In this document: positions 9,641 through 16,701 of the stretch, in pieces
How positions within the stretch are numbered: position 1 is the first letter of the stretch
How the letters are laid out: each line of letters begins with the position of its first letter
DNA from: an uncultured virus (IMG/VR IMGVR_UViG_3300025133_000065)
Lineage: Duplodnaviria; Heunggongvirae; Uroviricota; Caudoviricetes
DNA: 20,000 bases
Strand: one strand, 5' to 3'
IMG/VR virus record: IMGVR_UViG_3300025133_000065
Notes under the pieces: generated by a model
What the model was told of the DNA's origin: nothing
The model's input: only the letters and a program-made list of their open reading frames with translations
Database searches by the model: none
Translations under genes and position numbers: made by a program

Positions 9641-10908
9641 AATGATTCATTCCTCCAACTTTGATAATCCTTTCTTGTCTCCCAGGAACCATGTTTTTCA
9701 TATATTGATGACATTAACTCAACCCAAGAATTGTTAAAATCCTCAAAGTTAAAGTTTTTTGAAACATGTTTTTTTGCTTGTTGCCCTATTTTGGCTCTTC
9801 CATCCCTACCAGCATCGTACATTTTCTGTATTGCGTTAAGAAAATCTTGCTTATTAATTCTATCTTCCATGACATATGGTACCAACTGGGAACCAACTAT
9901 TTGTTGTGATGAGGGTTCAATCATCACCCCAAACACATTTTTACCATCAGTTAATTGATCTTGAAGACCGCCAGTCCTAACTCCAACTACCGGTGTTTCG
10001 CAAGCAAGTGATTCAAGGCACGATAGACCGAAGCCTTCAGCATCAGAAATATTAACAGTCACGTCGGCAAGATTGTACAATGTAGCCATTTTTTGTTCAT
10101 CAATCTTATCTCTTGAAAACAAAACTTGCCCCTTGTCAAGCTCTAGATCTTTAACTATCTGCATGAGATCAGGGCCATTTGGGTCCGTTGGTTCCGTATG
10201 CATCAGAAGAACTGCATTATCATTCCCAACTTTTTCTAAAAATTCTTTAAACCAAAATATTAAAGTACCACTGTGCTTTCTTCGTGCATTTCTGCTATTA
10301 AAAAGAGCAACGAATCTATTAGAAAGGCTTCTACCATCAGGCCCTTTGTTTTCTTCTCTTAGTTTATCCACTATTTCATCATCTAACTTTTTAAAGATAT
10401 CTGTATTTACAGCATGTGGTATATAATGTGTTTCAACATCTGGCGCAACAGTTCTTACAATATCGTCCGTAAGTTTTGAAATTGTTGCAACTACATCATT
10501 GCTTTCATAAAATTTCTTATTATACTTTGGATATGGATAATTGTCCCATACATGGTAATATACCATAGGAATGTTTTGACGAATTTCATTGTCCATTTCC
10601 CATAACCAACCCCAGAAGCGCGGGTCAGTCATAAACCAAACAATATCTGGCTTTTCGCGCCAAACAACTGAACGCACCATTTCTTTGGTACCAAATTGGT
10701 CTACTGGTAAAATCTTCCAAAGGTCTCCCCACTTATCTGTTTTTATAAGCTGATATTGTGGATGCTTCATTGCGCCGCCAAGTGAAAATACCTCAAACTT
10801 ACCGCTTGCAAGCAATGCCTCAATTACATACTTTGTCTGATTGCCAACACCAGATGTACTCAAAGGCATATCACCCAGAGTAAGGACTTTTATTCTCTTT
10901 TCTTCCAT
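9637..10908 (-). CDS. Glycosyltransferase family 4-like (GT-B)
   Basis: SGVG, YIPHAVNT, NSRNARRK, LYNLADV, AEGFGLSCLESLACETPVV (E-x7-E), TGGLQDQ. Confidence 0.9.
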   Translation of the reverse strand: MEEKRIKVLTLGDMPLSTSGVGNQTKYVIEALLASGKFEVFSLGGAMKHPQYQLIKTDKWGDLWKILPVDQFGTKEMVRSVVWREKPDIVWFMTDPRFWGWLWEMDNEIRQNIPMVYYHVWDNYPYPKYNKKFYESNDVVATISKLTDDIVRTVAPDVETHYIPHAVNTDIFKKLDDEIVDKLREENKGPDGRSLSNRFVALFNSRNARRKHSGTLIFWFKEFLEKVGNDNAVLLMHTEPTDPNGPDLMQIVKDLELDKGQVLFSRDKIDEQKMATLYNLADVTVNISDAEGFGLSCLESLACETPVVGVRTGGLQDQLTDGKNVFGVMIEPSSQQIVGSQLVPYVMEDRINKQDFLNAIQKMYDAGRDGRAKIGQQAKKHVSKNFNFEDFNNSWVELMSSIYEKHGSWETRKDYQSWRNESL

Positions 10909-10913
10909 TAATT

Positions 10914-11690
10914 TTACCTACAATGTTTTGTTTTATAGAAAGAACAGTACTTACAAGACAATCTATTCTTAAAATACACATTCTTATTATCATTATAGAT
11001 AAAATTATTTAATGATTTAAGAGCATTTTCAATTTTTTTATTACCACTTGTGACACGGAAGATCTCAACGTTGTTCTTCTTTGAAGTTCTCTTCAGAAGG
11101 CCAAAATAGGTTTCAACCATTTTTGGGTCAATCTTGTGTTTTTCGCAAAAATATTTTTTGTACAGTGTCAACTGATATGTCATCAGTTTACTTGATTTCT
11201 TTTGAGCGTTCCAACCCCATGAACAAGTTTTCCAATCTAAGATGTGGTACTTGCCATCAGGCGTCTTTAGAACCATATCGATGTATCCCTTAAAATCGAG
11301 GTCATCCTTAATGGGCTCCAATAGGTTTTCTTCAACTGAGAATACCTCGTAATCGCCAAAAACAGTTTTGACGGCTCCTTGTACCTGTGGGAGTATTGTC
11401 TTGCCTTGTGAGAGCATCTGCTGCGCTAAAACATCATCTGGTTTTTCGACTTCTCTACGCTCATTTGTAAACTGCTCAACAAAATAATCTTCTGGTTTTG
11501 CACTACTATTTCCAAAAAGAACATTTTCACAGGTGGAGTGAATTGCTGTACCAAATGCTGTATACTCGTTACTGGAGTAAAATGGAATCTTATCTTTGTA
11601 GACTAAGCGGTATCTCCAACCGCACTCGCTAAACATCTTATAGCGTGAGTAGCTAATGTAATTTTTTGTGTTCTCGGATGAGTTCTTCAA
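10914..11690 (-). CDS. PD-(D/E)XK nuclease, solo Cas4/AddB-like with Fe-S cysteines
   Basis: ISYS..C, FGTAIH, E..L, GYID, DWKT, QLTLY (QxxxY), C-terminal CKYC-x7-C. TTG start supported by AAGGA 5 nt upstream. Confidence 0.85.
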   Translation of the reverse strand: MKNSSENTKNYISYSRYKMFSECGWRYRLVYKDKIPFYSSNEYTAFGTAIHSTCENVLFGNSSAKPEDYFVEQFTNERREVEKPDDVLAQQMLSQGKTILPQVQGAVKTVFGDYEVFSVEENLLEPIKDDLDFKGYIDMVLKTPDGKYHILDWKTCSWGWNAQKKSSKLMTYQLTLYKKYFCEKHKIDPKMVETYFGLLKRTSKKNNVEIFRVTSGNKKIENALKSLNNFIYNDNKNVYFKNRLSCKYCSFYKTKHCR

Positions 11691-11907
11691 TTAAATCCTT
11701 TTTTGTTTTGCGCCAAGTAATAATGTCTAAGTTTTTTGCTTCTTGACGAAGTTCATTATAACTCATTTTGTAGAATTTATCAAACCCTCTTTTCTTCTCG
11801 TTTTCTTTGTTTTTCTTCTTTGCTTCAGTTTTTCTTTTAACTTTTTCTTGCAAGCGCTGCATTTTTTCAACCAATACTTGCTCAAAAAGAATTCTTGTCT
11901 TTCTCAT
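11653..11907 (-). CDS. Small basic protein with C-terminal Rho_N-like helix-extension-helix motif
   Basis: MSYNELRQEAKNLDIITWRKTKKDLIEELI fits the EL+..AK.L.I.....K.+LI pattern of Rho N-terminal/HeH domains. Lys-rich N-terminal helix. Confidence 0.55.
   Translation of the reverse strand: MRKTRILFEQVLVEKMQRLQEKVKRKTEAKKKNKENEKKRGFDKFYKMSYNELRQEAKNLDIITWRKTKKDLIEELIREHKKLH
11755..11783 (-). promoter_or_regulatory. Putative sigma70-type promoter inside the Rho_N-like gene
   Basis: Minus strand TTGATA (11783-11778), 17-nt spacer, TATAAT (11760-11755). About 65 nt upstream of the Cas4-like TTG start. Confidence 0.55.
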
Positions 11908-12551
11908 AATGATACCTTCTCTTTTAGCATAGGACAGTTTTCAAGCATTCTGCCTTTGCCAGTAAATAACAAATCCAATCCGACTGAAAAGTATTCTTCT
12001 AAAGAACTGACACTGTAACAAGTTGGAAATATACCTGAAATCAATTGACTTAAAAGATCATATCCAACTGTTCTATTTAAATAAGCATCAAATTTTTTAT
12101 CAAAATTTGGATTTTCAAAAAACTGATGTGGTGGTAAATTTAGCCCACTTGATCTCATTTTATGATAAAGTTTATTTCTTTTTGAAATAAATTCTTTTTT
12201 AAGTTTGCCGTCTCCAAGCACTTGTTTATAGTTTTTTCTTAAAAAAGCGTGTGCAAGTTCGTGAATGAGGTCCGAATAAAGATCATTTTCATTGATTTTG
12301 TTAGTTAAATATATAACATCATTTACTGATCTACCTGCAAATTCAGGACTAAGGTAAAATCCACCAAAAATAATTTTATTGACGGAATTTATTAAATGGT
12401 TAGGCAACTTATCAAATTTATCTTTTAAAAATTTTTCAACATCAAAATTTGGTTCTTCTCCAAATTGAACCTTGACCCCACTTATTGTAAAACCATTACT
12501 TATTTTTGCTTTTTTTGTCTTTCTTTTTATGTATTGTTGTTTGTTGTCCAT
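11904..12551 (-). CDS. Putative zincin-like metallopeptidase
   Basis: LIHELAHAFL (HExxH) and downstream YSVSSLEEYFS resembling the Y-x-E-x-F third-ligand helix. Confidence 0.55.
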   Translation of the reverse strand: MDNKQQYIKRKTKKAKISNGFTISGVKVQFGEEPNFDVEKFLKDKFDKLPNHLINSVNKIIFGGFYLSPEFAGRSVNDVIYLTNKINENDLYSDLIHELAHAFLRKNYKQVLGDGKLKKEFISKRNKLYHKMRSSGLNLPPHQFFENPNFDKKFDAYLNRTVGYDLLSQLISGIFPTCYSVSSLEEYFSVGLDLLFTGKGRMLENCPMLKEKVSL

Positions 12552-12744
12552 ATTCTTGTTTCACACTATTAACATCATCGAGCGCTTGCTCATACCCTCT
12601 GATATAGTTTTCCTCTGCAATCATAAGTAGAAACTCGGGAAACTCGTCTGCCATAGTCTCTATAATCATATTAACGGTCACATCATCATTTTCAGGGTTG
12701 TGTTTGTTTCCAACATAATCAATCATATATTCTTTTAAATTCAT
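12496..12744 (-). CDS. Hypothetical protein (acidic core, basic tail)
   Basis: 82-aa ORF with TAATG coupling to the phoH stop and AAGGT upstream. No recognisable motif. Confidence 0.65.
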   Translation of the reverse strand: MNLKEYMIDYVGNKHNPENDDVTVNMIIETMADEFPEFLLMIAEENYIRGYEQALDDVNSVKQEYGQQTTIHKKKDKKSKNK

Positions 12745-14060
12745 TATAATACCTTTGCTGCCAATGTTGCCACCTTTGATCTTTCGCCTCTCTGTAAAGT
12801 TACATGTCCAGCAAGATCATGCTCTTTAAACTTTTCAACAGCATAAGATAAGCCATTACTTGTTGCGTCCAGATAAACGGTGTCAATCTGTTCGATATCG
12901 CCTGTAAGGACAATCTTTGTACCCTCACCGACACGAGTAATGATTGTTTTCAACTCGTGAACTGATAGGTTCTGTGCTTCATCGATAATGATAAAAGAAT
13001 TTGCAATAGAACGACCACGAATATAGGTCAATGCTTCAATTTCAATAATACCCTTCTCTGCATACATTTCAAGCAGGACTTTATCGTTGCCCATTAAAAA
13101 TTGTAGATTGTCTTGAACCGGTGCTAACCATGGAGCCATTTTTTCTTCCAAAGTTCCCGGTAGGAAACCAATGTCCCTTCCCATAGGCATAACAGGTCGG
13201 GAAACTACAAGCTTGTTATAAATTGGTTCTTGAGAACCCTCTTCTAAAACCTGCTCTAATCCAGCAGCCACAGCCAATAGAGTTTTGCCGCAACCAGCAG
13301 CGCCAATGAGGGATACAATAGGAATATTTGGGTCCAATAACAAATCGATGGCAAAAGACTGTTCTTTATTTCTTGGTGTAATGTCCCAAACTCCATGCTT
13401 GTGAATCCCTGCCTTCACAAGAGGCTTATTGTACGCTAAGAATCTTGCCAAAGCAGTTTTCTTCTCATTACAATTAGATATCAGCATTACAAATTGATTA
13501 GGAAATAATAACTTTTCTTCTTTGTCAACAAAGATTTTTTCACCTTGATAAAAATGATCAATTGTTTGGTCATCTACCAAGTGCCTCGCAAAGCCTCTGT
13601 AAAGCTCGCTACGGTCATTAACGACTTGGTTTATGTCGTAGCCTTCACAATCCATTCCAAGGGCGTCACAGCGAACTCTGAGGTTGATATCACGGGAAAC
13701 AACAACCACCTTCTTGTCATCATTAACCTCGTTCAAGGCGCAAGCAAGAATAATGTTATCTGGATCAGTTTTATTTGATTCTACTGGAAGAGCATTAATG
13801 TCGGAAATTCTAGCTCTAAGCAAGCCCTTGCCTTTTTCAATACGCACACCCTTCTCAAGAGATCCTTTGCCTCGATACTCATCCAAAAGACGAATAGTAT
13901 GGCGAGCATTGGTACCCACTCCGTCCTGTCGCTTCTTATGTTTATCTATTTCTTCAAGAACTTTTAAAGGAATTACAACGTCGTTTCTTCCAAAGTTTTT
14001 AAATGCTGTTGGATCAGAAAGATATACATTTGTATCTAAAATATAAGTTTTTTTAGCCAT
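12744..14060 (-). CDS. phoH: PIN-domain/PhoH-family ATPase fusion (PhoH2/YlaK-like)
   Basis: PIN motifs ILDTNV, VLEEID, DPDNIIL, SRDINLR. PhoH motifs GAAGCGKT (Walker A), IGFLPG, YIRGRS, IIDEAQN, TRVGE, GDIEQID, ERS. GAGG SD. Confidence 0.92.
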   Translation of the reverse strand: MAKKTYILDTNVYLSDPTAFKNFGRNDVVIPLKVLEEIDKHKKRQDGVGTNARHTIRLLDEYRGKGSLEKGVRIEKGKGLLRARISDINALPVESNKTDPDNIILACALNEVNDDKKVVVVSRDINLRVRCDALGMDCEGYDINQVVNDRSELYRGFARHLVDDQTIDHFYQGEKIFVDKEEKLLFPNQFVMLISNCNEKKTALARFLAYNKPLVKAGIHKHGVWDITPRNKEQSFAIDLLLDPNIPIVSLIGAAGCGKTLLAVAAGLEQVLEEGSQEPIYNKLVVSRPVMPMGRDIGFLPGTLEEKMAPWLAPVQDNLQFLMGNDKVLLEMYAEKGIIEIEALTYIRGRSIANSFIIIDEAQNLSVHELKTIITRVGEGTKIVLTGDIEQIDTVYLDATSNGLSYAVEKFKEHDLAGHVTLQRGERSKVATLAAKVL

Positions 14061-14718
14061 TTTCTACAACCTCATCGACTAGTCCAAGCTCAACACACTT
14101 TTCAGAATCGAACCACTTGTCTCTTTTAAGTATCTCTGTAATTTGTCTTGTGCTCATTGAAGTCTTATCTTTATAAATCTTCTTAATTTTAGTCATAAGC
14201 ATATCTAAATTTTCCATTTCATCTTTGAAATCTTCAAACTTACCCCACATAGAGGAGGAAAGTTGATGAATAAGCATATGGGAATTCTGATATATAAATC
14301 TCTTATCTGCAACTACTGAAATTAAAGTTGCTGCTGAGGCTGCTGAACCATCAATATAAGAATAGACTGGCGTCTTACAATTTAAAATTACATCAACCGT
14401 AGACAACCCTGCAAAAACAGAACCCCCATAGGAATTAATATGTAGTTTAATTGGAGGTGGCTCAGAATCATACTTAACTTTAAAAACTTGCAAATCTTTA
14501 TCAAGCATTCTGATTGCTTTATTAAGCAGCTTTGCATTTCTTTCGCTGACCTCTCCATAAAACATGATTGTATTATCTGAAATATCAACGCACGAATCAG
14601 CCGGGGCAGGCCCTTCGGGTCCACCCATTAAAATAATTGGAGTTGCCGCTCCGTCATCATGAGAACTTTCTTCAATCTTTTCTTTAGTTTTATCATCACA
14701 CCAATAGTATCTTGTCAT
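14053..14718 (-). CDS. clpP: ClpP-family (S14) serine protease
   Basis: LHINSYGGSVFAG, GSAASAAT (catalytic Ser), MLIHQ (His), KRDKWF (Asp), GLVDEV. ATG 14718 preceded by AAAGGA. Confidence 0.9.
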   Translation of the reverse strand: MTRYYWCDDKTKEKIEESSHDDGAATPIILMGGPEGPAPADSCVDISDNTIMFYGEVSERNAKLLNKAIRMLDKDLQVFKVKYDSEPPPIKLHINSYGGSVFAGLSTVDVILNCKTPVYSYIDGSAASAATLISVVADKRFIYQNSHMLIHQLSSSMWGKFEDFKDEMENLDMLMTKIKKIYKDKTSMSTRQITEILKRDKWFDSEKCVELGLVDEVVENG

Positions 14719-14778
14719 TTTGTTTCCTTTTGTAATTAGTTTAATCAACTTTTCTATTTAAATCTTACTATTTCTTTT

Positions 14779-15789
14779 TCAAATTTTATATGGATTGTCT
14801 GAAAAATAAAATTCTATATCTTTTACAGAATCACTCAAATATTCTTCAATACGATCAACAAAATCTTCCTCTATAGAAAAATATTCATAGTAATTGTTTT
14901 TACCATCATTATTTTTTAGACTCCAATGATCTACTTCTCGTAAAACATCCATTTTATTAATAACTATTTTATTGATAGCATTAAGCTGAACTGAACGCTT
15001 TAAGAAAGGAAGATCAATCCAATTACACTGACGGACTCTACCCGTTGTAGCGCCGAACTCTTGTCCTACTGTTTGAATTCTATTAAATACTTTATTGTGA
15101 CGAGGTTGAAATGATTTAGCCCCAACATAAGTTTCATACGCCTTCGCAACTCCCCACACATCACGAATTGCATAATAAGGAATAGCATTTAAAAATACTG
15201 ATGAAGTAAGACAGTGGCTTGAAGTAACAAACGGATAGTCACCCCAATCAATATCTAAGCCAAAGCCTTGTGCGCCTTCACAAAGAATTTTAGTCTCACC
15301 GTGATTCCAGAACTCGTCGTGTAAATCAATTAAATATGGCTTTAGGCTTGGAATATCTTGAGCCAAGTAACCATCTCTAGAATATTTATCACGATAAGCA
15401 GGGCCATTACCTCGCTTAGTGGTTCCGATTGCGGTATCTTTTCCGTCTTCTTCTTTATGTTGATCTGTAATCACATGACAGTTTTTTGCAATATAAATAA
15501 GTCCTTTAGTATTAATTCCACCTGACTCTAATTCCTCTAACTCTCGGAAAAATTGTACAGGGTCAAGTACACAACCATTACCAATTATACTTTTAATTCC
15601 AAAAAAAACACCGGCTGGAATATGATGAGTGACAAACTTTTTACCTTCATGAAAAATAGTATGCCCAGCGTTACACCCGCCATTGAATCTTAAGACATGT
15701 GTATATCCTCCTGTCTCACAAAGGTGATGAGTTATCTTTCCCTTTCCCTCATCACCATATTGAAGACCAACAACAACATCAGCGATCAT
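14779..15789 (-). CDS. purA: Adenylosuccinate synthetase, short (336 aa) form
   Basis: GLQYGDEGKGK, GGCNAGHT, HHIPAG, IGTTKRGNGPAYRDK, EGAQG, YPFVTSS, FGATTGRVR, NKMD. Confidence 0.92.
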   Translation of the reverse strand: MIADVVVGLQYGDEGKGKITHHLCETGGYTHVLRFNGGCNAGHTIFHEGKKFVTHHIPAGVFFGIKSIIGNGCVLDPVQFFRELEELESGGINTKGLIYIAKNCHVITDQHKEEDGKDTAIGTTKRGNGPAYRDKYSRDGYLAQDIPSLKPYLIDLHDEFWNHGETKILCEGAQGFGLDIDWGDYPFVTSSHCLTSSVFLNAIPYYAIRDVWGVAKAYETYVGAKSFQPRHNKVFNRIQTVGQEFGATTGRVRQCNWIDLPFLKRSVQLNAINKIVINKMDVLREVDHWSLKNNDGKNNYYEYFSIEEDFVDRIEEYLSDSVKDIEFYFSDNPYKI

Positions 15790-16006
15790 TTGCAGCCCCC
15801 TTTCGTTGTTTTTTACGACTTAATCGCTTAGGTTGCTCTTCTAAATCCAACCTAACTTTAACAACAAAACCTTTTAACTGCTTTTTAACTTTAACTTGTA
15901 AATTTTTTTCTAAAGACAGCTTCTTTCTTTCCATATCCGCTGCTTCAAATGTATCGAATCGACCTTCTATTCTCCAAGGTCGTCCGAATAATGTGTTTGC
16001 CTCCAT
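15779..16006 (-). CDS. Hypothetical small basic protein
   Basis: Perfect AGGAGG SD at 16017-16012, 5 nt before the ATG. Overlaps the purA start. Confidence 0.75.
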   Translation of the reverse strand: MEANTLFGRPWRIEGRFDTFEAADMERKKLSLEKNLQVKVKKQLKGFVVKVRLDLEEQPKRLSRKKQRKGAANDR

Positions 16007-16015
16007 AGTAACCTC

Positions 16016-16330
16016 CTATTTCTTTGGCTTAATAAAATGTGTTTGAATATCATAGCTAGTGACTATAAAATTTTCACCTGTTTCTACACAAAACATTGTA
16101 TGACGTTTATAATTATAACTAACTATCTTTTTATTGTCAAGTCTTTTTTTCTTAACTCGTTCTTTTTTTACACCTGTATAAACATACAAATACTTTTTAT
16201 ATTTTATAGTATCTTTATATATTAGAGAAGACGAAGCTAGTTTTAATTTATTATTTTTAGTTAGTACCTGTTTTTTAGTAACTGGGTTTATATTATAGAA
16301 CTCTCCAATTTCCAGTTCTGAAATCTTCAT
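16016..16330 (-). CDS. Hypothetical basic protein (possibly leaderless mRNA)
   Basis: 104-aa ORF filling the gap between neighbours. No SD. A promoter-like element ends 6 nt upstream of the ATG. Confidence 0.65.
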   Translation of the reverse strand: MKISELEIGEFYNINPVTKKQVLTKNNKLKLASSSLIYKDTIKYKKYLYVYTGVKKERVKKKRLDNKKIVSYNYKRHTMFCVETGENFIVTSYDIQTHFIKPKK

Positions 16331-16332
16331 AC

Positions 16333-16701
16333 TTAGATGGTATCATCAAAAGGCTTATCTGTTAAGTGGGTAGTATCAAAGTAAGCCTCATAGTTATATC
16401 CATTTTGTAAGTATTTTAATTGCTTATAAGATATTCCCAATAAATAAGATGCTTTAATTTTTGAGTTTGTTGCTGCGATAGCAAATTTAACAACTGCATC
16501 TCTTGCGATGTCTTGAATATACTTGTATAACTGAAGTCCATAAAACTTACCTTTATAGTTTTTGCTTGACAGTTCAAGTTTAAGTGCTATAATATCTTCA
16601 AGGGTAAGATGATTTAATCTTATCTCAAAATCTTCATCTATCTTTTTTTCCAATCTAAGCTTTTTTTTTATAGAATAGTTTTTTTTTAAATTCTTTCTCA
16701 T
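16333..16701 (-). CDS. Fis-like helix-turn-helix protein
   Basis: C-terminal AVVKFAIAATNSKIKASYLLGISYKQL resembles the Fis/NtrC HTH (AL...N...AA.LLGI....L). TAATG coupling to the large upstream gene. Confidence 0.55.
   Translation of the reverse strand: MRKNLKKNYSIKKKLRLEKKIDEDFEIRLNHLTLEDIIALKLELSSKNYKGKFYGLQLYKYIQDIARDAVVKFAIAATNSKIKASYLLGISYKQLKYLQNGYNYEAYFDTTHLTDKPFDDTI
16337..16365 (-). promoter_or_regulatory. Putative sigma70 promoter with extended -10
   Basis: Minus strand TTAACA (16365-16360), 17-nt spacer ending TGA, TACCAT (16342-16337), then CTAAGT-ATG. Confidence 0.45.

Noticed and set aside
10914..11690. CRISPR-Cas locus around the Cas4-like gene
   Set aside because: No repeat-spacer array, no intergenic room for one, and no other cas genes.
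12740..12780. TATAAT at the phoH stop / next start junction as a promoter
   Set aside because: No acceptable -35 at 16-18 nt spacing; it is explained by the TAATG stop-start overlap.
14719..14778. T4-type late promoter (TTTAAATA versus TATAAATA) in the only sizeable intergenic gap, before clpP
   Set aside because: One mismatch in very AT-rich DNA and no second intergenic example to support a consensus. No terminator hairpin seen either.
14779..15789. PurZ (2-aminoadenine, Z-genome) assignment
   Set aside because: Retains the PurA catalytic Asp in GDEGKG and an NKMD guanine-binding motif; no datZ/mazZ-like neighbours in the window.
16660..16690. Slippery A-AAA-AAG / A-AAA-AAC runs near the start of the Fis-like gene
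   Set aside because: A -1 shift at A-AAA-AAG meets TAG almost immediately (GCT TAG), and poly-A Lys codon runs are common in this AT-rich sequence.
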